In this document: in pieces, positions 47,401 to 58,100 of the stretch
Position numbering within the stretch: position 1 is the first letter of the stretch
Layout of the letters: each line of letters opens with the position of its first letter
NCBI GenBank assembly: GCA_964199315.1
Contig: OZ116698.1
Coordinates: forward strand, 21,700,001 to 21,764,000
DNA: 64,000 nucleotides
Source: Orbicella franksi
Taxonomy: Eukaryota
Reading direction: 5' to 3'
Made by a program: the position numbers and the translations under genes
Notes under the pieces: generated by a model
Databases searched by the model: none
What the model was told of the DNA's origin: nothing
Seen by the model: the letters and a program-made list of their open reading frames with translations, nothing else

Positions 47401-50400
47401 AGGATGCTGCAACATGTTCCTAGGGAGTCCACTATTCAAACTCCTGGTGGTCTAGTACTGTAAAATGCACTCTTCCTCATTACTTGTAGGAAGTCTACAT
47501 GTACATTTTAATCACTTCATGAAATCACAAAGAAAAGCATTAACTTATGATATCCTGAACACCACAAAGAGACAAACCTGTGAAACCCGACTGACATTGG
47601 CAGTGATACTGAGCAACACCATCTGTACAAGTTCCCCCATTTCGGCAAGGTTGTGATGCACACTCGTCGTAGTTACTATCACAGTGGGGGCCATCAAAAC
47701 CTGGATGGCACTTACATTCGTAAGCATCAAGTTTATCATTACATGTCCCACCATTCTTGCAAGTAACTCCTATGCAGTCATCAACATTGTGTTCACATCT
47801 TGTACCTTTAAGCAGAATGGAAGTTACTCATGACATAAAGAAACAGTAACATCTGCACTTGTCCAAACAGTTCTCAAACTCATTAGTACCAGTAATTCAT
47901 CAAATTGAAACAAAGGAAATCATAATGAAGATGATGTTTCATTATCTGATCTCAATTAGCATGGATTTTTAGGATTATATAACTCCAGTTTTTCCTTAAT
48001 TTAAGTTTTGACTGAGAAGATATATCAGACACTCAAGACAATGTTTTAGCACATTTCAATACATCTTGAAGTTCATCTTAAGTACTTTGCTGTCTCTCTT
48101 CTCAGTGTTAGGAAATGCAGTAAAACACAGGCTCTCATGTTTGCTATAGTAGGTCAATCATCATGCAATGTAAATGAACACTTCAGAATTCAGAACTGGC
48201 CATGATAATGATTGCAGAAAAAGATCAATTACTTTCTAGACATAAATAATTGTCTTGTGTAAATAACTTTGTCTGAAGACACCTAGTTTCAAAGAATGTG
48301 GAATATTGGAAAAGCCAAACTTTGCAAGGTATTACAGGAGTCATTACTTTATGGCATGAGCTCTAGGTCAGAGTTAAGGCATAATACTCAAAGACAATAC
48401 ACCAAACAAAACTCTTCGACAGTAATTTACAGGTACTTTCCTCATAGGATATCGAAACATTTATTTAGTTTTGTAGTATATACCATAAAATTAATTCTAT
48501 GAAATGAAAGATGCCTCCTCATTAATGAGTTGCATTTTCTGTTTTCTTTGCTCATGCTAATGCGGTAAGGGGCAGTTTAACATTGACCACCCCTGAAAAA
48601 TAATGCACATAAAGGTCAATTGTCAGGCAACTTACCACTTGTGCCTTTAGGACATCTGCACTGAAACCCATTTTGTTTATTCTCGCAGGTTCCGCCAAAC
48701 ATACATGGATTGCTGGAACATTCGTCAAAATCTTCATCACAGTTCTTTCCAATGTAACCAGGGGCACAGATGCAGGAGTAGCTATTGATGCCATCAACAC
48801 AAGTTCCATAATGCTGACAAGGGAATGACATGCAGTCATCTATGTCTGTCTCGCACACTTTACCAGTGAAGCCACTGGCACAAGAGCAAGTATAAGAGGC
48901 AAGGCCATCAGAGCATGTAGCACCGTTCTGACAAGGATTTGGGTTTGCACACTCATCAATATTTATCTCACAGTTAGTTCCACTGAAGCCAGATTTACAC
49001 TTGCACCTGTAACTATTCAATTCATTAACACATTGTCCTTCGTTTTTACAAGGGTTGCTGTTGCATTCATTAATGTCCACATTACATGTTTTGCCTGTCC
49101 ACCCAGCTAGACAAATGCATGTAAATTCACTGACGTAATCCAGGCACTGAGCGCCGTTCTTGCATGGGTTGGATGCACACTCATTAATGGGCAAGTCGCA
49201 CCTCTCACCTGTAACAACATCACACAAAACCTGTTTACTACATTCCCATTGTTTGCATATTTTTGTTGTATAGCTTGAGGAGCCAAAAATGCCAGGACTA
49301 GTCCTTTCTCTTGTAACATACATATACAAGTCAGTGTTATACTTTTCCCCTTAAAGAAAACACACCAACCAACAAAATCGAAAAAAAAAATGACTGAGGA
49401 AAGTGCCTCAGCTTGCCCTGCTATAGGCCATACTGGCTATTGGCCTGCATGTGGGACCTAATATGATAATTACCTGTGTAACCTGGTACACACTGACATA
49501 CAAATGATCCAGGTGTGTTGACACATGTGCCACCATGGTGACACGGTGAAAGACTACTAATCATGCACTCATCGATGTCAGCACTGCAATTTTTCCCAGT
49601 CCATCCTTTTGGGCAGTGACAATTATATCGTCCAAAGGGATCTGTCAAACATGTTGCAGCTCCATAACATGGATTGGCGTAACACTGATCAATAGACTGG
49701 CACAAAGGACCTGCATAACAAAATGTTGTTTGACATGTGAGTAAGAAACTTGAACAAGTATCTGTCATTTCATTATCAAAGCAAAGCCCTACCACTTTAG
49801 GTGGCAAGTACTCTATTTAACTGATTTGTTTTGTCTATAAAAATGTAACTACGAGTACAGTAAGTACATAGGTTGTTGTTGTTGTTGTTGTTGTTGTCAA
49901 TGGTCGTGCTGTGCAGTTACATGTACATGTGTATGTTACCGCATGATATAAGAAAATGTTTCTACAATTTTGGTGACTTTTATTAACTAGTCCAATCCAA
50001 GTAAATAAATACAATACATAGTTAGGCATTAGAAAGTCCAAAAGTCACTCTAGATCTTCTTACCTGTCCATCCTGGTGGACAGAGGCAATCATATTTGCC
50101 AACTCTATCCACACAAGTGCCACCACTTAGACATGGGGGGCTCCCATCTGCTTGAGTAACACAGTCATTCTTGTTGATGGAACAATCAAATCCTTCCCAA
50201 CCAGAAATACAACGGCAAAAATAGCCTCCAAAAACGTCTGTACAAGTTGCTCCATTATGGCATGGATTTGATAGCACTAGACACTCGTCAACATCTGTTT
50301 CACATGTGGCCCCCGTGAAATTTGCAGGACAACTGTTAATGAAAGACAATAAATTATGACACACATGTTTGCAAATACCATATTTCCAAGTTGAATATTA

Positions 50401-53400
50401 TAATTCTAGTTCTATGACTCTAAACATGGACTGAACCATGCCATACTAGTAACAAACCTAATTTCAAATATACATAGATAGTTTGGTCTTTTTGAAAATA
50501 AAGGGCAGCTTGAAATCAAGTAATTTTAGGCAGTTCTATGAAGTGCAAAATGATAATCAAAATCCAACCAAACAAACAAAAGTTACTTTTAAAATGATTG
50601 TCAGACACAGATACATGCATACACATATGCACAAGCTTATTTAAAGTAACAAAAAAAATGCTCGGAAGTGGGTGGTCAAAACTGGAACAGACTAAACCTG
50701 CTTATTTACTTCATGGAAATCACATCTCAAGTGGCAATCTTTTCTCTATGTATTAGGAAGCACACAGATTGTACCAAAATGCCTGTCTAAAGTTATGTAA
50801 CAGAAGTCTCTTTCACTACAACTGCTCACATCTTTCCGTGCCCTCAGGGTGTGAAAGCCTAATTGACTTGTCAAAGCAAGCCATTGAGTTTTAATTTTGA
50901 CAATGTTTATTTTGAGGAAAAAGACTTCAAAGTAGTTTGAGCCAACACGCAATTACCCTCCAATGTTCTCTTCTTCCTCCAGCAAACATTCTCATTGCAC
51001 TTCACTCTTAAAGCACATATTTATTAACAAGACAACAAAACATTTGAACAAAACTAATAAGAACAATAGAAATCATGGTTTGCCACACCACCTAGCTGGA
51101 ATTCATTGCATGAAGTTTAACGCCCTGTTGTGAAAAAAATTAGTCATCTATAAATCCATGGTTTTTGTTTTGCTTTGCTTTTTTGCTTTAGCTCACCCAG
51201 TCAGGTTTGTGTTCTGAGCACAACTTTAGTGAGGATTCCTTATTTTCCTACAGACTGTAATACCATTCAGATGGAAATAATGAAAACAACCTTGTCACAC
51301 CGTGACAAATGGAACAAAACTAAGGACAATTCTTGCACCCTTGAAATAAGCTGATTAAATTTTTAGCTAATGACAATTCATCAGAATATATTATTACATA
51401 AATTGAATTAAAATAGAACACAAAATGAAAATATTATCAATAAAAAATAGCTGACCATAAGGGAATATAATATATGGTATAGACTTTGTTTGAGATAAAA
51501 TGTTTGGCAAATAAATAATCTGTTATGGCCACACACGAAAAGCTTAACTAAGGTCATAATAAATTTGTACGTCTGCCAGTTTTGATCACATTCCTTTTTT
51601 GATGATCCGTACCAATCACAGTGAAAATCAAAAACTGCAACATGACTCATAGGGCACTTATTAAAACCTGACAGGCTATTCCCTGGTAGTCACAATATCA
51701 AGAGTAGATTTGTGGCCCCCCAGGGAAACATTGACTTTTAGCCACAAATTGCTCAATAGCTTATGTGATCCTTACTGCCTAAAAAAGGCCAAATTTTTGC
51801 ATCCATACTGTGAAGTACCTTGAAGTCATGAATTAATGAATAAACCCTTATCTATTTTCTTTTCAAAAATGTTGCCAAATCAAAATAACTGCCGTCTGTA
51901 CATACAAATTACCAGCATCCTTATGGAACATAATCATTACTTACAAACAGGAAAAAAGGCCTAAAATTAAGCCACCAATAAATCACCAAAGAAATACCAT
52001 TCTGGTAACAAAATGCAAGTTTCCTACCTTGCGTACAGCTGCTAACTAGCCTATGCGTAATCTCCGCATGTTTCATGCTGATCAAACAATTGAGCAATAA
52101 CAATGAAAGCTACAATTGATTTTAGCCACAGAGCCAAATATCACTGATGATCAAACTCCTAACCATAACGGTTTTACAAAAAAAAATATCAAACAACTTG
52201 CTCTCGTGGGTTGATTCCTGGAAATCATAACTGACCATTCTTCTTTGAAAACCTCTATTTTAATAACAACACACAATTAACGTCCTAGTTAACACGATTA
52301 CGTGGTATCAGACTTTGGTCCTTTGTGCCGTTCAGAAAAACAAAAATGTCCCCAAAATGCTATTAGTTAGCCTGTGAAATCCATGTTTGAATAAGATTGG
52401 CTTCATCTTATGTTTAAAAACAACCCTTTTGATCTTTTTCGAAGATTAGAGATTTGTGAATTCACAAAACATGGAAAGATTCTGTTAGAGGGGTGTTTTT
52501 ACCTAGTTCTCCAGAAAAAGAAAGTATATAAGACTTCTCTTACTAAGCCGCGGAGTTGCGACCCGCAGTTACTGAACCAAAAAAAAAACATTCCGTCTTT
52601 CTTTGGACTGTCTCTCTTGATTCGTAAACCATATCAAACATTCCTGGGATGAAACAAGCTACGTAAATAAAGATTATTCAAAAACGCCAATAAAACTTAG
52701 GCAGAACTGTCGTTTTCGCAAATACGAATTAATTAACAACTGAGACGAATTACGGAGTGACGAAAGATGACCAAAACAGCGTTAAGGCAAACAGGAAATC
52801 AGTTTCGAATTCCTCTTTTCTTTTTCCAGTTTTGAATTTCTAATATCCTTTTACAAAACGATTTCCTCGTGGATCAGACTTATTATGAACATCGATTTTT
52901 TTTTGGCGACCATTGTTTTTGGAATATTTATACGACTGGCATGTGGAAACGTAAGAAGGGATTCGTGCAACAACTATTTTAAGCTCAATAATCTTTCGCA
53001 CTTTATTCCAGACCTAATCCATACGGAGACCAGTTTCTGCCACAATTATAAATCCTGTTAAACGCGCAGGATTGGTCCATTTTGCGCGATAATAGCTAGC
53101 TCAGTGAGTAAATACTATGTCAACTTGATCAACTCAAATCCAGTCCAACAATTCGGAAATCGCTTAATCGTTGGGCGAGCTTCTGCGATCACTTTTTGTT
53201 TTCTGCAGCAACTAGCTTGTAGCCGTTAAACTGAAGTCTTGAGAGTTCATCAACATAAAAGCCCTGTTAATTAGGCCAAGCTTTAGAAAACGTGTCGACG
53301 CACCAAGCAAAGTTTTTCTATATTTGCGCCGCTTCGGGAACGAACACGGTCTGTCACACACATCCGATGAAACTTTTCAACACCAATTTTCAATTAACTA

Positions 53401-54850
53401 TCTTATTTAGTACACTTAAAACGGGTTTATTGAGGACAATTTTATGTTGAATAAAAACATCTGCTACGCTTTCTTAATAATTCATGTTGTTTGCTGCCAG
53501 CGACTGTTTAAGAATACCCACAAACATGTGTCATTACCGTTGCTAGTAATGATAATTTTGATTACACCGAGAGGATCTAAAGCTTCTGTTAGCCTTACGC
53601 GATAGGAAATCAGCTGTGTTTCCAAATTCCAATTTCTTAACGACTTGAAGGCAGAAAGGCTACCTTCCTTCATAGAGGTGAATACTGTAATTAAGTCTGT
53701 GGCATACACACAGAGTTGTGGTTTTTCGGTGCCATTATTTACCAATCTAAATGCCGTGCTGTTCTAGAGGTGTTGAGCGCGCGAAGTTTACGCATTGGCT
53801 AAATACAAAAAATAAGACCAAATAAAAGCAAAAAGTACCCGGGAAAAGCTACCTTACTAGAAAATGAGCTTTCGAAGAGATTACGAGACATTAATTTCTG
53901 TCTTGCTAAATAAACATCGTTCTGTCAACTAGCGCGGAAACCATGCAGGCAAGAATTCACGTGCCGCACACAATCACGACTAATAAGAAAAGCCGTCTTT
54001 AGCAAGACAACTTGACCGAGCGAAAGAAGCATACCTGCAATTGGCCTTTCCCTGGATTTCTAAACATGTTCCACCGTTCTTGCAGTATCCGTTATGACAC
54101 GTGGAGGCTGCAAGAGACAAACAAAAGGACGGAGTTGAGCCGAAAAGCCGTCAAAAGCCAGGTGGAACTTTTAACAATACGCTTGAATGTTACAAGGTGA
54201 ACAGAGACAGCTGTGCGATCGTGTAAGCTGCTCCTCACCCACTTCCCTGCTAGCAAACTGAGCAGCTTTCGACAAGCTCAGCCAGCTTTTTAGGGCCACA
54301 TATTTGCGAAACTCAATTCTGCGGACAAAATTCCACAGGGGATCGTTTATCAAAAGGTTAACCTAATTTTCGTGAAGTACTGGTGCAATGTCCGGCAGAG
54401 TCCTGTCAAACTAATGTTAAATATTTTCCCCAGATTCTACCCTTTCGTAACTTCAAAGATACAGCGCAATCTGTGCCAGGTTCCCGTGTTAAACTACGAC
54501 GAACGTAATTATCTAGGCGAGGTGTAAATATAGCCGCAGTTAGACATAATGAAGTAGCGCCCCATGGAATTGAACCAACCGTCTTTTCAATTACCCAAAC
54601 GCACTAGATTCTTCTCTTCACATTAGAAACCTCTGTTCAAATCTTCGATCGTGAAATTCCCAAGCAAAAACCGAGTGTGTAGCGCTGAAGCGCGCCAAGG
54701 TTCCAGTGAAGTGCATCTTTGAACGCCATTTATCCAAGAGTGGCATCCGACGGTTAATAATATGGCATCAGAGCACGCACTTCGAAAATAACTTTTCGAC
54801 TTACCAAGCACCATCGGAATGAACACGATCGCTATAACATAGCCCTTCAT
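38926..54850 (-). CDS. NOTCH: Notch receptor, complete, 19 exons, 2078 aa (26 EGF, 3 LNR, HD, TM, RAM, ANK, PEST)
   Basis: Exons 54805-54850, 54035-54107, 50064-50332, 49474-49710, 48636-49208, 47578-47805, 47098-47362, 45242-46590, 44396-44481, 43343-43545, 43003-43114, 42640-42893, 42230-42299, 42056-42128, 41591-41819, 40921-41485, 40578-40725, 40390-40487, 38926-40284. Sum is 6237 nt, all introns GT-AG and phase-compatible, with the full Notch domain order. Confidence 0.95.
41591..41819 (-). CDS. NOTCH: Notch exon 15: transmembrane helix and RAM ([34 protein letters not shown])
   Basis: Hydrophobic span, GVL S3-like site, and a WxPEGF CSL-binding motif. Confidence 0.92.
42056..44481 (-). 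CDS. NOTCH: Notch negative regulatory region exons 9-14 (3 LNR plus heterodimerisation domain, furin-like RSRR site)
   Basis: LNR motifs [16 protein letters not shown] and [24 protein letters not shown]...KQRSRR; [15 protein letters not shown]...[17 protein letters not shown]. Confidence 0.9.
43795..44190 (-). mobile_element. tRNA-derived SINE (Nin/Deu-domain-like) with (GGCTAT)n tail, in Notch intron 9
   Basis: Head ctggctagcccagttggtagagcgcc (A-box; B-box deleted), body ...gtgggtcctttaacg..gacggggcctacggtt..tccttatccgagaagact, hexamer tail 43795-43834. Confidence 0.6.
45242..50332 (-). CDS. NOTCH: Notch EGF-repeat exons 3-8, including EGF8-12-like ligand-binding region
   Basis: Tandem cbEGF repeats (DxDEC...C.NGG.C...C.C..G..G..C) in ORFs 50050-50364, 49421-49807, 48616-49329, 47094-47432 and 45159-46688, plus exon 47578-47805. 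EGF11-like [28 protein letters not shown]; EGF12-like [27 protein letters not shown]. Confidence 0.95.
47870..48145. repeat. Dispersed repeat family A, copy 3 (diverged)
   Basis: Collinear, degenerate match to 235-515, inside a Notch intron. Confidence 0.75.
49872..49897. repeat. (GTT)n microsatellite in Notch intron 3
   Basis: About 8 GTT units. Confidence 0.9.
54035..54107 (-). CDS. NOTCH: Notch exon 2, EGF1 C1-C4 ([25 protein letters not shown])
   Basis: Pyrimidine-rich acceptor ...tctcttgcag and donor CAG|gtatgc. Phase 1 to 2; completes an EGF with [10 protein letters not shown] at the start of exon 3. Confidence 0.9.
54805..54850 (-). CDS. NOTCH: Notch exon 1, signal peptide [15 protein letters not shown]
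   Basis: Hydrophobic N-terminus followed by a strong phase-1 donor TTG|gtaagt; phase matches exon 2. Confidence 0.8.
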
Positions 54851-54929
54851 TGCGAACTTGGCGTTCAATTCCTAATAAGATCGATCAACTTTTGCGCTTC
54901 ATCGGGTGAGTGGGACATCGAACCGTGAA

Positions 54930-55110
54930 ATGCACAGTATTCCCACGAACGACCGGAGGACTGAGCGATAGAGTTTCACCACACTGAACTCCCTAGCGGG
55001 CTTCCCACTGATTAATTTGCATATGCATTTTACTACGCGTCGCGCTCTTTCCTTTGTGGTCCAAGTGGCCAATCACAGAACGCGGTCGATGATTGACCAA
55101 TGGCACGGTA
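54930..55110 (-). promoter_or_regulatory. Notch proximal promoter candidate (CSL site, POU octamer, two CCAAT boxes)
   Basis: TTCCCACG 54940-54947, ATTTGCAT 55015-55022, CCAAT 55069-55073 and 55097-55101, in CpG-enriched DNA 90-250 bp upstream of the ATG. Confidence 0.6.
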
Positions 55111-58100
55111 TTTTCTTTGATTTCTGCATTAGTGCCGTGCTCAGGGTCGCTTAATTGTCCCTACTGCCTAATTATCACATCAACTGGTGTAATTTGTGCA
55201 GCCAAGTGTACCTACACTTCCATCCTTTTACACATCACAAGGGATTACTTGACGTGGGAAAAAATCCGAGTTGAAGCTCAAGGACATGGGTCATTCCATA
55301 TGCAAGCAAATTTCGACACAAGTCCTTAGACACATTTTCGCCTCCAGTCGGTCTAGTCATAAGAAGCTTGGCGTGGTACAGATTACATTCGGGGTAATAA
55401 ACAACATATTTCATGTCAAGACAAGCTCGAAGTGCATGCGCACTGCTCTCTATGTGCTAACTCCAAAAGTCAACTTTTCAGTACTCTTCTATTTTCACTA
55501 AGTCCCCTTGTCCTTAGTAAAAAACCAAATCCATTTTATCTAGAGGAGGTTTCTCTCCATTCTACGTTTGTTTTGAGTCGGCTTAATAGGCTTCGCCGTC
55601 GTTTTCTCTTTTTGTCAAGGGTCTTTGACAGGGTTTCCATAGCAACTGAAGCTACATCCAAGACGGGAAATTTTCCCACGGCTTCCAGATAAGATATGAA
55701 CGCACAAACGGAAAGTAATCTATTGTCGTGAACTCGACAAAGTCGTCACCCCGGAAAGCTGAAGGAAAAAAAAAAAATCCATTCTCTGCATTCTGTTAGA
55801 TATAAACTGTGCACGTTTTCCAGGAATACATTTACAGTTTCCTGTGGAAATATTAAGTTGAAACGAAAACTGATCATTTTAAAATGAGAGACGGGACATT
55901 ATGATGTTGCCCGCACTTCCTTCTACGGACTACTTAATTTGCTATACAAAAGTGGCGGCGTTCATGTCTAGTTAGCGCACCGTAAGAAGCATAGCCAAAA
56001 CTAAACATGTCCAAAGTTGAGAGGTTTCAAAATACTGTAAAAGTATCGTGACAGTGTGAATTTCAAACTTTCAGTGCACCTTTTTCCGGTTTTATATTTC
56101 TTAGATCATTAAGAATTTGTTGTGAATTGCGAGATTAATGCCAACTTAACTCCTTTGGCCTCAGCACAGTGCTGCATATACAATTTCGCTCCAACACGTG
56201 AAGTTTAGCGCTAAACTGAAAAGATTGGGTCGAAGACGAACAACATCAACACAGATAATCTCTAGAGCAAAAAAAGAAATCAATCGAGCAAAAACAACAT
56301 GAAGGCTACACAAAGCAAACACTGACCCAACCGATATTTCAATGTCCCGAACAATATTGACATAAAGATTTTCACAAGTTAATAAAATTGAATTATGCTG
56401 CGAAGTCGAACAATAAACTTCGGACAAAACCGCGTTGGCTTGAGCTCTATTGTACTTTAGGTTAATTGAATGGCCTTCAAAAATGACAAGATGTGATGAA
56501 TTGACAGACCTCAGATGACGTACGGATTTCACATGCTCAAAACGCAACAAAAAGTTCCGAGCCTTTAAACAAGTACAATACCACTTTAGCTCTTTCAGTA
56601 ACGTTTTTAGCCCATTTGATTTAAAAGAAGATCACTATCACAACTCCTTTCAGTAGATGCGCATATTTTTATATTATGTATCAAAACTATTGATACTGGT
56701 TCATCATACTTCTATGCAACTTTTTGGACGCGTTGTTCTTGAAACATTTTTACGTTATTTATCGTTGTAGCGATAATCACAAGTCTTTTATAGGTTATAT
56801 TGGCGATGCAGCGTGACCGCAAATTTCAATTTGTCTTTTGCTTGCCTTGTCAGAAAAGTCAATACTGCAAAATAAAAGCAATTTCTTGATCTCAATTTAG
56901 TCACGTGATTCAAATCATATGACTTCTTGCCACGTGTCGAAAGAATGTCACCTCCGAAAGGGTGTTACGGGTGTCATAATTGTCAAACAGTACGCGTTTT
57001 GGATTCCTCACTGAAAAAACCATGTGCTTTTGAATTTTCCTTCCGAATCCACCCGCCAAAACAACACTGAAGAACTCCTTTATTTTTTCGGGTGACTTAT
57101 CACCGAATGCTCAACACACTTGGAACACAGCCGAGGGCTACAAGATGGCGTTAACAAGTTCAGGCAGGACTTCAAATTAAAAACGGCTGCAGTTTACCGT
57201 CCATAGTGGCTAAAGATGAAATGTACTGTACTTAATTATCAGAACCAATAAATCTTTTGTTGCACTTTGTGTTACGGACTAATTTTCTTCAGTCCCAAAT
57301 ATACTTGTTCATTGTTTTAGTTTATTGGCGTAATGTGATGCCATTTTGCATTGAGAAATTGGTTCTTCTTACGCCTTCTCAACACCAGTTTCATTACTGT
57401 CCTCGATTATGCATTCTCAATTCAAAGTTTATGATAGTCTCGCCCGAGGGAACGGAATTCGAAATTAACGAAGAAAGCAGAGGAAGGGTATGTTTTCGAA
57501 ATCTATTCTTCTCAATTTGTATCGCTGTAGCGGCTGGTACAGCCGTTTTCTAAAATGTTTCCATAAGAGAAGAAAAGCTTAAAAGTTCCTTTGAAGACAC
57601 ACAAAAAGGTGTTTCGACAAGCGGCATCGTGCGCTTAACAATGGAACACATGATCAATTGAAAGGACACTCGATCGCGACCAATAGGAGCGCACCATGTT
57701 CCTTCCATAAACAAGAGTTTCGTTATCTCCAGGGAGTACAAGTGTTTCTCCTGCTGGCTGATGAAGGCCAGTGGAATTAACTTAACAATGTAGAATGATA
57801 AACACGTTGTATCCATGGCCGGCTAAATGGCAAAAGCCAAAAGTGTACAAATGACCATCAGGTGAAATAACGTTAAACAATAAACCCGCTCATACAGTAC
57901 GCGCGTAAAGATTGAAAACTGCCGACTCGCTGTCGACAGGCTGCTTCAAATAAGGTACAAGCTGCTGCACGCCTTTTTTTTTTTCTTAAGGAAGAGCATA
58001 AGCCTCCAAGAAGAGGATTTTAAAAGCGCATGTAAATTGCACTTTTTTAGTGGTGTAAGAAGCACTATCAGAGGAACCATTTGTGACCTCCATCAGGATG

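Noticed and set aside
51571-51634. Phase 1-to-2 pseudo-exon [21 protein letters not shown] that could join the signal peptide to exon 3 and looks faintly DSL-like
   Set aside because: Splice sites are weak (gtacaa donor) and a much better exon 2 (54035-54107) completes a canonical EGF1. It would matter only if RNA-seq showed mutually exclusive use.
54905-54947. Possible second paired CSL site at the Notch promoter (GTGGGAC ... TTCCCACG)
   Set aside because: The first half-site is non-consensus and the spacer is 23 bp, outside the 15-17-bp range.
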